Of a stretch of 64,000 nt of DNA, positions 26,767 to 35,592 are shown piece by piece. Both the position numbers and the translations under genes were made by a program. The notes beneath the pieces are model-generated. The model had not been told where the DNA came from, searched no databases, and was given only the letters and a program-made list of their open reading frames with translations. This stretch comes from Candidatus Woesearchaeota archaeon (GTDB taxonomy: Archaea > Nanobdellota > Nanobdellia > Woesearchaeales > GW2011-AR4): the NCBI GenBank assembly GCA_016185755.1, contig JACPMX010000016.1:985-64984 (forward strand). The letters are read 5' to 3'. How positions within the stretch are numbered: position 1 is the first letter of the stretch; every line of letters begins with the position of its first letter.

Positions 26767-27873
26767 ATGATACCCTTATTCAAGCCATGTTCCGATGAAG
26801 AGGAGATACGCGCGGTAGCCGAAGCTCTTAAGAGCGGATGGTGGGGCCTAGGTCCAAAGACAAAGGAATTCGAGGAAAAATTCGCAGAGTACATAGGCAC
26901 AAAGTATGCGGTATGCCTGAATTCAGCCACTGCAGCACTGCACCTTTCATTAAAAGCACTCGACCTTCCTGAAGGAAGCGAAGTAATAACAACTCCCATA
27001 AGCTTCATTTCCACGTCATTTGCTGCGCACTACAACAATCTAAAGCCCGTGTTTGCAGATGTTAGCAGAGATACACTTAACTTAGACCCGGAGGATGTGC
27101 GCAGGAAAATCACCCCTAAGACAAAAGCAATCATGCCAGTGCATTTTGGCGGCCATATATGCGATATTGAGGAGCTGACATCAATAGCTTCGGAGCACAG
27201 CCTTGCTATTGTTGAAGATGCTGCGCATGCTGCAGGAAGCGAGTTCAATGGCAAAAAGGCAGGAAGCTTTGGCAAATTCGGGTGTTTTTCGTTCCACGCT
27301 GTCAAGAACCTTGCAACAGGGGACGGTGGAATGGTAACTACTAATGACAAAAAGGCATATGAGAGGCTTGTGCGTTTGCGATGGCTTGGAATTGACAAAT
27401 CTACATTCTCAAGGACGCTGAACTCAAACTATACTTGGGATTATGATGTAAGGGAGCTTGGCTTCAAGTGCCACGGCAATGACATATTATCCAGCATAGG
27501 CATAGTGCAGCTTAAAAAACTGGAAAGCACAAATAAAAGGCGAAGAGAAATTTTTAAAGAATACAATGATGCCCTTAAGGATGTTGTGGAAACTCCATCA
27601 TGGAGAAAAGGCCATATCAGCGCATGCCATAATTACGTTGCGAAAGCCGATGACAGGGACAGCCTTATAGCCCACCTCAATGCCAATGGAATATCTGCAG
27701 GAGTGCATTACAAGCCCCTTTACCTTCATTCCTATTACAAAGGGCTGAAAGCTGACTGTCCAGTGTCAGATGAAGTATGGCAAAAAATGATATCCCTCCC
27801 CCTGTTTCCAGACTTAAAAGAAAAAGAAATAAGAAGGGTCATCAGCTGCATCAAGGAATTCTACGGGAAATAA
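26767..27873 (+). CDS. DegT/DnrJ-type PLP-dependent aminotransferase (dTDP-keto-6-deoxyhexose aminotransferase)
   Basis: MIPLFKP...GWWGLGPKTKEFEEKFAEYIGTKYAVCLNSATAALHL...FSFHAVKNLATGDGGMV. Start set at ATG 26767 (the track start 26713 is a GTG overlapping rfbA). Confidence 0.85.
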   Translation: MIPLFKPCSDEEEIRAVAEALKSGWWGLGPKTKEFEEKFAEYIGTKYAVCLNSATAALHLSLKALDLPEGSEVITTPISFISTSFAAHYNNLKPVFADVSRDTLNLDPEDVRRKITPKTKAIMPVHFGGHICDIEELTSIASEHSLAIVEDAAHAAGSEFNGKKAGSFGKFGCFSFHAVKNLATGDGGMVTTNDKKAYERLVRLRWLGIDKSTFSRTLNSNYTWDYDVRELGFKCHGNDILSSIGIVQLKKLESTNKRRREIFKEYNDALKDVVETPSWRKGHISACHNYVAKADDRDSLIAHLNANGISAGVHYKPLYLHSYYKGLKADCPVSDEVWQKMISLPLFPDLKEKEIRRVISCIKEFYGK

Positions 27874-27925
27874 CTCATTCCTCTTTTTCCATAATTTTTA
27901 TATACCTCCCAGCTTTTCTTTCCTG

Positions 27926-28609
27926 ATGGCACTTTACACGTTTAAGGAGGACAAGTACAGCAGCCATATGCAGATAGGAGACATAATAAAATCTCTCGGG
28001 CTTAAGCCAAATTCAAAAATACTTGATGTAGGCTGCTCAAAGGGATTTGCAGCAAAAAATCTCAGCAGCATGAATTTCGATTTTTACGGCATAGAAATGG
28101 ACAAAAAAGATGCCAAAATTGCCAAGCCTTACTACATAAATATAAATATCTGCGACCTGGATTTAAATCCTCCTGAATACAAAAACGAATTTTTTGACGC
28201 AATCATCATGGCAGACATACTGGAGCATCTGAGAGACCCATTAAATGCACTAAACCACTTCAGAAAATCTCTGAAAAATGGCGGCTGGGTCATCATGTCA
28301 ACAGGCAACGTTGCCAATCTTTGGGTAAGAATCAACCTTCTTTTTGGAAAATTTGAGTATACAGACAAAGGCATACTGGACAGGACGCATACCCGCCTTT
28401 ATACGCTAAAGACTTTCAAGAGGCTTGCGAAGGATGCAGGATTAGAAATCAAAAAAATAGCCGTTACGCCCATACCATTGCCATTAGTATCCTCGCTGTT
28501 TGCCAAGGATGGGATTCTCTATTTTCTGCATAAAATAAGCTATTTTTTGGCGATTTTGCATAAAAAGCTTTTTGGCTACCAGTTCATTCTGGTCTGCAGC
28601 AAGAAATGA
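27926..28609 (+). CDS. Class I SAM-dependent methyltransferase
   Basis: ILDVGCSKGF (motif I GxGxG-like), DAIIMADILEHLRDP, LKNGGWVIMS match Methyltransf_11/12. Confidence 0.75.
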   Translation: MALYTFKEDKYSSHMQIGDIIKSLGLKPNSKILDVGCSKGFAAKNLSSMNFDFYGIEMDKKDAKIAKPYYININICDLDLNPPEYKNEFFDAIIMADILEHLRDPLNALNHFRKSLKNGGWVIMSTGNVANLWVRINLLFGKFEYTDKGILDRTHTRLYTLKTFKRLAKDAGLEIKKIAVTPIPLPLVSSLFAKDGILYFLHKISYFLAILHKKLFGYQFILVCSKK

Positions 28610-28613
28610 ATTT

Positions 28614-29357
28614 TTACTCAAGCAAATAATACCTAAAAATTCCGTAGTTATGCAGCTTGTACCTTATAATTTTCCAAAACAGGTTCAGCCCGTATTTCAC
28701 GCATGTCGGAAATGAAGTGGATGAAGATTCTTCCTCGTATTTTGTCGGTATCGGGATTTCCGCAATCCTGAAATTTCTTGACACCACCTGGATCATTGCC
28801 TCCTCGTCAAATGTAAACCCGTCAGAATTCTTTACGAATGGTATGGACTTGAGCACTTTACTTGAATATGCTATATATCCTGTGGCAGCATCGGTTATTT
28901 TTATATTAAGGAATATCCGAAAATAGAATGTAAGGGCACGGTTCCCAAGCCTCTTCCACCAGGGCATGCCGCCTTTTTTCGCATCGCCTTTGACCAGCAT
29001 CCTGGAGCCGTAAACAACATCTGCCCTGTTTTCTTTTATCGGGCTTATGATTTCCGGAATTTTTTTTGGGCTGTACTGGTAGTCGGGGTGCAGCAGAACT
29101 ATGATATCGGCACCCTTCCTGAGAGCATTCCTGTAGCACGTTTTCTGGTTTGCGCCATACCCCTTATTCTTTTTATGTATGATAACATCCAGCCCAAGTT
29201 TTCTCGCTATTTCAGCCGTATTGTCCTTGCTGCAGTCATCAACCAGTAAAATCCCATCTACATGGCTCTTTGGAATCTCCTTATACGTTTTTTCAAGCGT
29301 CTTTGATGCGTTATAGGCAGGCATCACGACAATAACCTTTAATTTTTCTTCCGGCAT
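28614..29357 (-). CDS. GT2-family glycosyltransferase (Dpm1/polyprenyl-phosphate glycosyltransferase-like)
   Basis: VIVVMPAYNASKTLEKT...ILLVDDCSKDNT...IIVLLHPDYQYSP. Confidence 0.75.
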   Translation of the reverse strand: MPEEKLKVIVVMPAYNASKTLEKTYKEIPKSHVDGILLVDDCSKDNTAEIARKLGLDVIIHKKNKGYGANQKTCYRNALRKGADIIVLLHPDYQYSPKKIPEIISPIKENRADVVYGSRMLVKGDAKKGGMPWWKRLGNRALTFYFRIFLNIKITDAATGYIAYSSKVLKSIPFVKNSDGFTFDEEAMIQVVSRNFRIAEIPIPTKYEEESSSTSFPTCVKYGLNLFWKIIRYKLHNYGIFRYYLLE

Positions 29358-29393
29358 AGAATCACGCTAAATCCATGGCTATTTAAAATTTAT

Positions 29394-30527
29394 TTAATTT
29401 TTGACAAACGCACTGTAAATCCTTTCAGCAACTATGTCAACAGAAAAATTATCCAGAATCCTCTTCCCTCCTTTTTCTGCCATCCTTGCAGCCGCTTTTT
29501 TATTCTTTATTAAAAATTCTATTTTTTCAGCCATGTCACCGACATCGAGCTTTTTTGACACTAACCCGCAGCTCTCATCCGGAATGACAAAATCCCTTCC
29601 GCCGCATTCCATCACCACTACTGGAACCTGGCAGGCCATGGCCTCGTTTACGGCAGGGGTCATCTCCTGGAAATTTGCCAGTACAAATATATCGGAGAGG
29701 TTATAAATCTTCGCCAAGTCATCATGGCCCTTTTTTCCAAGGAATTTGACATTTTTGCTTACATCAAGAGCCTTTGACAGCCTTTCAAGGGAGCCTTTGT
29801 AATAACCGTCCCCGACAATCCATAATTCTGCATTCTTATGGCCTTTGTCTATTAATCTTTTCAAAGCTTTGATAATTATGTGATGGCCTTTTATCTTGTA
29901 TAACCCCCCGACAGACAAAAGAACAATTTTGCTTTTGTCTTTTTTTAAATTCAGCGGCCTGAATGTTCTTGTGTCTGTGGCATGGCCTATGATGATGGAC
30001 TTTTTTGAATGATTTATCAGCCCCAATCTTATGGCCCTTTCCTCTGCCTGGGGGTTTGTGAATAAAAGGGATGACGCGTAGCCATATGCCTTCCTTGCAA
30101 TTGGAGCAACAAGCAGCCTTGTCAATCTGAAAAGGAAAAACCCGTCAACTGTCTGGGATGTCCTGTAAATAAGCCTTGCATTGTATTTTCTTGCTGCCCT
30201 GTAGGACTGGTATGCGAAGCCATAAAATTCAGGATTGCTTGATTCTATGACATCATAGCCTTTCAGCTTCCCGACCAAATCAGCGTACCAGAACCTCGGG
30301 ATTCCAAGTACAAACAATATCTTTTCAAGGATTGTCCTGTAATCAATGCCGCTTATTTTTTCAATTTTGAAATCTCCGTATTTGACATTGTTTTTTTTAT
30401 CCGTGAATATTGTGACTTCCACATCCCTGTTTTTTATCAAAAACCCGTAGACTTTCAGCAGGTTCGCGAGGGAGGAATGCATGTCAAAGTGCGTGGGAAT
30501 GACCACGGCAACTTTCAGTTTTTTCAT
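29394..30527 (-). CDS. GT4-family (GT-B) glycosyltransferase
   Basis: C-terminal EX7E region FQEMTPAVNEAMACQVPVVV...GGRDFV is typical of Glycos_transf_1. Confidence 0.75.
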   Translation of the reverse strand: MKKLKVAVVIPTHFDMHSSLANLLKVYGFLIKNRDVEVTIFTDKKNNVKYGDFKIEKISGIDYRTILEKILFVLGIPRFWYADLVGKLKGYDVIESSNPEFYGFAYQSYRAARKYNARLIYRTSQTVDGFFLFRLTRLLVAPIARKAYGYASSLLFTNPQAEERAIRLGLINHSKKSIIIGHATDTRTFRPLNLKKDKSKIVLLSVGGLYKIKGHHIIIKALKRLIDKGHKNAELWIVGDGYYKGSLERLSKALDVSKNVKFLGKKGHDDLAKIYNLSDIFVLANFQEMTPAVNEAMACQVPVVVMECGGRDFVIPDESCGLVSKKLDVGDMAEKIEFLIKNKKAAARMAEKGGKRILDNFSVDIVAERIYSAFVKN

Positions 30528-30577
30528 AGGAAAAAGCTATGAGAAACTATTTAAATAGCTTTAGTTTCTTGGAGCGC

Positions 30578-31693
30578 ATGAAAATTGTAAGCATCGCAGG
30601 CACAAGGCCGAATTTCATGAAGATAGCCCCGCTGGCAAATGAATTCAAAAAGCATAAAATAGAGCATATTCTGGTGCACACGGGGCAGCACTATGACAGG
30701 GAAATGAGCAAACTCTTCTTTGACGACCTTAAAATACCAAAGCCGGATGCTGACCTTGGAGTGGGCTCTGAAACAAGAGAAAAGCAGATTGAAACCATAA
30801 AGCAAAAACTCGCAGCAATTCTTAAAAAAGAGAATCCGGACATTGTTATAGTTGTAGGAGACGTGAATTCAACCCTTGCAGGAGCTGAAGCAGCGCATGA
30901 ACTTGGCATAAAGGTTGCCCATGTCGAAGCAGGCCTGAGAAGCTTTGACAAGTCCATGCCGGAAGAAATCAACAGAATACGAACAGACGAGGTAAGCGAC
31001 TTTCTTTTTACAACAGAGAAAAGCGGCAATGAAAATTTGCTGAGAGAAGGCATAATCAGGGACAAAATATTTTTTGTAGGAAATGTCATGATAGACACAC
31101 TGTTAAAACACAGAGAAAAAGCAAAAGCAAAAAAATCAAAAATGCTGAAGGAACTGAAAATACATGAGAAAGATTATTGCGTTTTAACACTGCACAGGCC
31201 CAGCAATGTAGATAACAAAGAACCTTTTGAGAACATCCTATCCATCATCGAAAAAATAGGGGATAAAATAAAAATAGTCTTCCCGCTGCACCCAAGAACG
31301 CAAAAAAACCTGGAACTATTAGGATTGTCAAAAAGAATTGGAAAAATAAAAAACCTGATAATAACAAAACCTCTCGGCTATTTAGACTTCCTTTGCCTGA
31401 TGGACAACAGCAAGCTTGTCCTGACAGACTCTGGAGGAATACAGGAGGAAACAACTGTACTTGGGGTGCCGTGCATCACATTGAGAAACAGCACCGAGAG
31501 GCCGGTTACGGTTGAGGAAGGGACAAACATGATTGTAAGCACAGACCCAGTTAAGGTGGCAGAAAAGGCGTTGGAAATAATCAACAGCAATATAATGATA
31601 AATAAAAAAATCCCTGAAATGTGGGACGGGAAAGCCGCAGAAAGGATAGTCGAAATTATCCTGAAACAATTTAGCCAAAATGGGAAAAATTGA
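30578..31693 (+). CDS. wecB: UDP-N-acetylglucosamine 2-epimerase (non-hydrolysing)
   Basis: MKIVSIAGTRPNFMKIAPL...HTGQHYD...GDVNSTLAGA...HVEAGLRS matches the WecB/MnaA signature throughout. Confidence 0.85.
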   Translation: MKIVSIAGTRPNFMKIAPLANEFKKHKIEHILVHTGQHYDREMSKLFFDDLKIPKPDADLGVGSETREKQIETIKQKLAAILKKENPDIVIVVGDVNSTLAGAEAAHELGIKVAHVEAGLRSFDKSMPEEINRIRTDEVSDFLFTTEKSGNENLLREGIIRDKIFFVGNVMIDTLLKHREKAKAKKSKMLKELKIHEKDYCVLTLHRPSNVDNKEPFENILSIIEKIGDKIKIVFPLHPRTQKNLELLGLSKRIGKIKNLIITKPLGYLDFLCLMDNSKLVLTDSGGIQEETTVLGVPCITLRNSTERPVTVEEGTNMIVSTDPVKVAEKALEIINSNIMINKKIPEMWDGKAAERIVEIILKQFSQNGKN

Positions 31694-32579
31694 GAAAAGC
31701 AGGCAGGCAAGGTCTTTTAAGGAGCGGGCCAAAAAATACATCCCGCTGAGCATCCAGAAGCGGCTGTACAGCATAATAAAAAAAGCAAGGCACATAAAAA
31801 ACATAAAGTCAGGAAGGGTAATAACAAAAAAACACCTTCAGAACGCTTTTAGGCAGGCAGGCCTGAAGAGCGGAAATATTGTACTTGTACATTCTTCCCT
31901 TGGCAGGATAGGGCATGTGGAGAACGGGCCCGAAACTGTAATTGATGCATTGCTTGAGATAATCGGAAAAAGCGGGCTGCTTGTCATGCCGGGATTTTCA
32001 GCGCTGAATTACGACAAAAAGCGCAATATGTACGTATTTGATGTGCAAGACACCCCAACTTACACGGGAGCAATTCCGGAAGCTTTCAGAAAAAGAAACG
32101 GGGTGAAAAGAAGCATGTCCCCTACGCATTCATTGTGCGCTTTTGGAAAAAATGCCGGCAAGCTTATAGAAGGCCACGACAAGGTTGACAACCCATTCGC
32201 GATGAACGGCCCTTTTGGAAAGCTTTACAGGTGGAAGGCCAAGATAATGCTGCTTGGGGTTGACCACCTTGCAAACTCCTCCCTTCACATAGTGGAGGAC
32301 AAGCCTTATTTTCCTGTCAAAGTTTTCACCGAGAAATTCAGAGTCCTGATGAAGGACAATGGGAAAGAGAAAATAATAGAAGCCAGAAGGCATACTGACC
32401 ACTCAAGAAAAACAAGAGACCCGAACATAATGGAAAAATACTGCCTTAGGCACAAAGCAATGAAAATCCTTAAAATCGGCAACACAGAGCTAAGGGTGAT
32501 AGACATAAAGAAATTCGTCGATATGATGGACGGGCTTTGCAAAAGAGGCATAACAATCTATCCCGCAGGCATTAAATGA
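31680..32579 (+). CDS. AAC(3)-family (aminoglycoside 3-N-acetyltransferase fold, PF02522) acyltransferase in glycan context
   Basis: IVLVHSSLGRIGHVENGPETVIDALLEIIGKSGLLVMPGF...SMSPTHSLCAFGKNA parallels AAC(3) VHSSL..G.v.GG...vi.al...lG..GTLvmPt...S. Overlaps the wecB stop by 14 nt. Confidence 0.6.
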   Translation: MGKIEKSRQARSFKERAKKYIPLSIQKRLYSIIKKARHIKNIKSGRVITKKHLQNAFRQAGLKSGNIVLVHSSLGRIGHVENGPETVIDALLEIIGKSGLLVMPGFSALNYDKKRNMYVFDVQDTPTYTGAIPEAFRKRNGVKRSMSPTHSLCAFGKNAGKLIEGHDKVDNPFAMNGPFGKLYRWKAKIMLLGVDHLANSSLHIVEDKPYFPVKVFTEKFRVLMKDNGKEKIIEARRHTDHSRKTRDPNIMEKYCLRHKAMKILKIGNTELRVIDIKKFVDMMDGLCKRGITIYPAGIK

Positions 32580-33738
32580 TTTTTCTGTGCATTCCAGGCT
32601 TTGATTCCAGCATAAGTGAGTCCACAAAGAACTTGGCAGCCCAGTTTATGAAGCAGAAGGGGGCGTACCAGCCGTATATGGGGAACGCCCCTGGAATTCC
32701 CCCCCTAATCCCTTTATTGAGAGATTTCATATTCTGCACCCTTTTCATGTAATTGTTGCTTTTTTTTGCAGCAATCAAAAATTTTTCATCTTTTGTTTCT
32801 ATGAATAATTTTTGCCATATTATTGACATCTGGGCGTTCCCGGTCAAGCAGGACCATCTTACGCTGCTTTTCCAGCCTTTGCCAAAGCTCCCCGGAAGAG
32901 AGCCGTCTTTTCTTTGCGCATCAAGCAAGGCTGTTGCTGCCTTTTTTGCCGAGTCTATGTATCTTTTTTTCCCTAAGCAAATCCCTGACTCAAGAATGCC
33001 CCTTATTGAATATGCAATGGTGTGCACCAAAGGCTCCTGCCCGGGATAAAAGGCGTTGTTTTGCAGCCATCCGCTTTCCTGCTGCTGCGTTAAAGCCCAG
33101 TCTATATTTTTTTCAGCCGCTTTTTTGAATTCTGCATTTTTTGCCAGGCTATAAGCCATTAAAAGCCCCCACGCCGTCCTGGCATTGTATGTATGCACAT
33201 GATTAAGGTACTCGTGCTTTCTCCAGCACCCGTCTTTGTCCATGACTGACACAAGCCAGCAGGCCGCCTTTTCAGCGGCTTTTTTATATTCCTCCTTTTT
33301 TGATTCCTCATAGGCCCTGCAAAGCCCGAAAATCACCTGGCCTGTATTGAAGACAACGGGAACATTTTTTGTTCCTGCACCTGGGAAGGCCCCGGAAGGA
33401 AGCTGGCTCCTTAACTCAAAATCCGCCATCTCAAATGCCTTTTTTCTATAAACCGGATTTTTTGAAAAAACCGCATAATTAAAAAAAGTAGGTATGATGT
33501 AGCCGGTTGTCTCTATGTAGGAATGCGCCCACCCGTCAAACAAGGAGTAAAGGGCGCTTACACCCCCATCATTATTTTGCTCCTGAGCATAAGACAGCCA
33601 TTCCATTGCAGCCTTAATGTGGGAATTGTTTGAGAGCGTTTTATTATAGGCCCGAAAGCAATCCTTAACAGAAAGAGATGAAAGATAATAGAAATTCCTT
33701 GGGTTAATCCCCTTTATAAAATATTTTAAGTATCTCAT
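32572..33738 (-). CDS. (alpha/alpha)6-barrel protein (AGE / six-hairpin-like or terpenoid-cyclase-like repeats); function uncertain
   Basis: Repeated aromatic/Gly-rich hairpin motifs (NNDGGVSALY, DKDGCWRKHEY, QRKDGSLPGSFGKGW) typical of toroid folds. No catalytic assignment possible. Confidence 0.35.
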   Translation of the reverse strand: MRYLKYFIKGINPRNFYYLSSLSVKDCFRAYNKTLSNNSHIKAAMEWLSYAQEQNNDGGVSALYSLFDGWAHSYIETTGYIIPTFFNYAVFSKNPVYRKKAFEMADFELRSQLPSGAFPGAGTKNVPVVFNTGQVIFGLCRAYEESKKEEYKKAAEKAACWLVSVMDKDGCWRKHEYLNHVHTYNARTAWGLLMAYSLAKNAEFKKAAEKNIDWALTQQQESGWLQNNAFYPGQEPLVHTIAYSIRGILESGICLGKKRYIDSAKKAATALLDAQRKDGSLPGSFGKGWKSSVRWSCLTGNAQMSIIWQKLFIETKDEKFLIAAKKSNNYMKRVQNMKSLNKGIRGGIPGAFPIYGWYAPFCFINWAAKFFVDSLMLESKPGMHRKII

Positions 33739-34562
33739 TCTTGATAATCATAAAATCCTTTCTTTGTCTTCCTGCCAAGCCTTTTCTCCTTAAGCATACT
33801 AAGCAGGATCGGGGAAGGAGCGTATTTGCCGTCCTTAAGCTCTTCCTGCATGTTCTTAAGTATATCTACAGTCACATCAACACCGACAAGATCTATAATC
33901 TTCAGCGGCCCAATAGGGTGGTTTGCACCCAGCACCATGGCCTTGTCGATTTCCTCTTTAGTGGCCAGATTTTCATTTAGGATATTTGCAGCCTCGTTAA
34001 GCATGACAAACAGCATCCTGTTGAGGAGGAATCCCGGCGCATCCTTCACGATGACAGCATCCTTGCCCAATTTTTTCACTAATTCCAGTATTTTATCCAC
34101 TGTTTCCTTGGATGTGAATTCAGGAACAGCTATCTCTACAATCTTCATATGGACTGCAGGGTTTGAGAAATGAAGGCCGATTATATTATGCCTGTTTTTG
34201 CAGTTTTTAGCTATGAGCGCGATTGGTATGGATGAAGTGTTGGAAGCAATGATTGTGCCGCTGCCAGCTATATCGCCAAGCTTTTCGAATATCTCCTGCT
34301 TTGCCTTGAGGTCTTCCTTGATGCTCTCAATTACGAAATCCCTGCCTTTCAAGTCCTGTATTCTTGTTGCGACAGAAAGCTTGCCTGGCAATCCTTTTTG
34401 CCTTGATTTCTCGGAAAATCCCCTTAAGGCTTCGCCATTTCTTGAGCATATAGTAACATTAAATCCATACTTCAAAAACAGCTCTGCAATCTGCAGCCCC
34501 ATGGTGCCGGAACCCACTATGCCTATCTCCCTTATTTCCATGTTTTTTGCTAACTTCAGCAA
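33735..34562 (-). CDS. 3-hydroxyacyl-CoA dehydrogenase family protein (Hbd-like, NAD-binding)
   Basis: IGIVGSGTMGLQIA Rossmann motif, ...SNTSSIPI...GLHFSNPAVHMKIVEI...GFLLNRM, full-length 3HCDH_N/3HCDH architecture. Confidence 0.75.
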   Translation of the reverse strand: MLKLAKNMEIREIGIVGSGTMGLQIAELFLKYGFNVTICSRNGEALRGFSEKSRQKGLPGKLSVATRIQDLKGRDFVIESIKEDLKAKQEIFEKLGDIAGSGTIIASNTSSIPIALIAKNCKNRHNIIGLHFSNPAVHMKIVEIAVPEFTSKETVDKILELVKKLGKDAVIVKDAPGFLLNRMLFVMLNEAANILNENLATKEEIDKAMVLGANHPIGPLKIIDLVGVDVTVDILKNMQEELKDGKYAPSPILLSMLKEKRLGRKTKKGFYDYQE

Positions 34563-34659
34563 TTTTATAAATATATCGAAGCAAAATGCCTGCAGATCCC
34601 TTTATTTTTTGCGCCGGCAACCAGATAATTTTATAAACCACCCTTGGTTTTTCCAGCGC

Positions 34660-35592
34660 ATGAAAATACTGGTTACAGGCGGAAACGGCTTCATAGGGCA
34701 TACCTTGGTGAGGCATTTGCTTAATGAGGGAAACGAAGTAAAAGTCATAGACATCAAGCCAATCAAGTTCACGCATCCAAAGCTTGAGTTTGTTAAGAAA
34801 TCGGTTCTTGAAGACATAAGATGGGAAATGAGGGACTGCGATGCAGTCTATCACCTTGCAGCTGAGCTTGGAGTTATAAGCTCTGACAGGAGGCCCCTGA
34901 ATACCCTGGCAGTCAACATAGACGGAACTGTAAATGTCTTCAGGTGCGCCCTTGGCACAGGCGTGAAGAAGATAGTCTATACTTCCTCTTCTGAAGTTTA
35001 CGGGGAGGCAAGGGAAATTCCACTGAAGGAAGACAGCCCTAAAAGCCCTGTGAGCATTTACGGTGTTTCAAAACTGGCAGCTGAGATGTATTCGAAAGGA
35101 TATGTGCAGGAATACGGGATGGACATCAACCCGGTAAGGCTGTTCAATGTCTACGGGCCCGGACAGGGATCTGACTGGGTCATGCCCATATTTATCCAAA
35201 AAGTGCTGAATAATGAGGAGCCTGTTGTCTTTGGAGACGGAAGCCAGGTCAGATGCTTCACTTACATTGCAGACATTGTCAGCGGGATAGAGGCAGTCAT
35301 GAAGAAAGGGCTCAAGGGAGAGGCTTACAATATTGCCAATACCGACCAGATCACGATGAAGAAGCTTGCCGAGCTGATAATAAAAATATCAGGCAAGAAA
35401 CTAAATCCGAAAATTGCCGGCTTTGGGAAAGAGACAAGGGCAAGGGAAAGGGAGATAATGACAAGAGTGCCTTCAATTGAAAAACTGAAAAGCCTTGGGT
35501 GGAAGCCTGAGATCAATGCTGAGGAAGGAATCAAAAAGACGTATGAGTGGTACAAAAGCAATCTAGGCAAAGAGGAATTGTTTTATGAATAA
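34660..35592 (+). CDS. NAD-dependent sugar epimerase/dehydratase (UDP-hexose 4-epimerase-like extended SDR)
   Basis: MKILVTGGNGFIGH...YHLAA...YGVSKLAAE (YxxxK). The track ORF 34198.. extends upstream in-frame through the oppositely oriented Hbd-like gene, so the true start is taken as ATG 34660. Confidence 0.8.
   Translation: MKILVTGGNGFIGHTLVRHLLNEGNEVKVIDIKPIKFTHPKLEFVKKSVLEDIRWEMRDCDAVYHLAAELGVISSDRRPLNTLAVNIDGTVNVFRCALGTGVKKIVYTSSSEVYGEAREIPLKEDSPKSPVSIYGVSKLAAEMYSKGYVQEYGMDINPVRLFNVYGPGQGSDWVMPIFIQKVLNNEEPVVFGDGSQVRCFTYIADIVSGIEAVMKKGLKGEAYNIANTDQITMKKLAELIIKISGKKLNPKIAGFGKETRAREREIMTRVPSIEKLKSLGWKPEINAEEGIKKTYEWYKSNLGKEELFYE

Noticed and set aside
34198-34659. Upstream in-frame extension of the epimerase ORF in the track (464 aa starting at 34198)
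   Set aside because: The extension runs antisense through the well-supported Hbd-like gene (33735..34562) and encodes low-complexity sequence. The conserved MKILVTGGNGFIGH N-terminus starts at ATG 34660.
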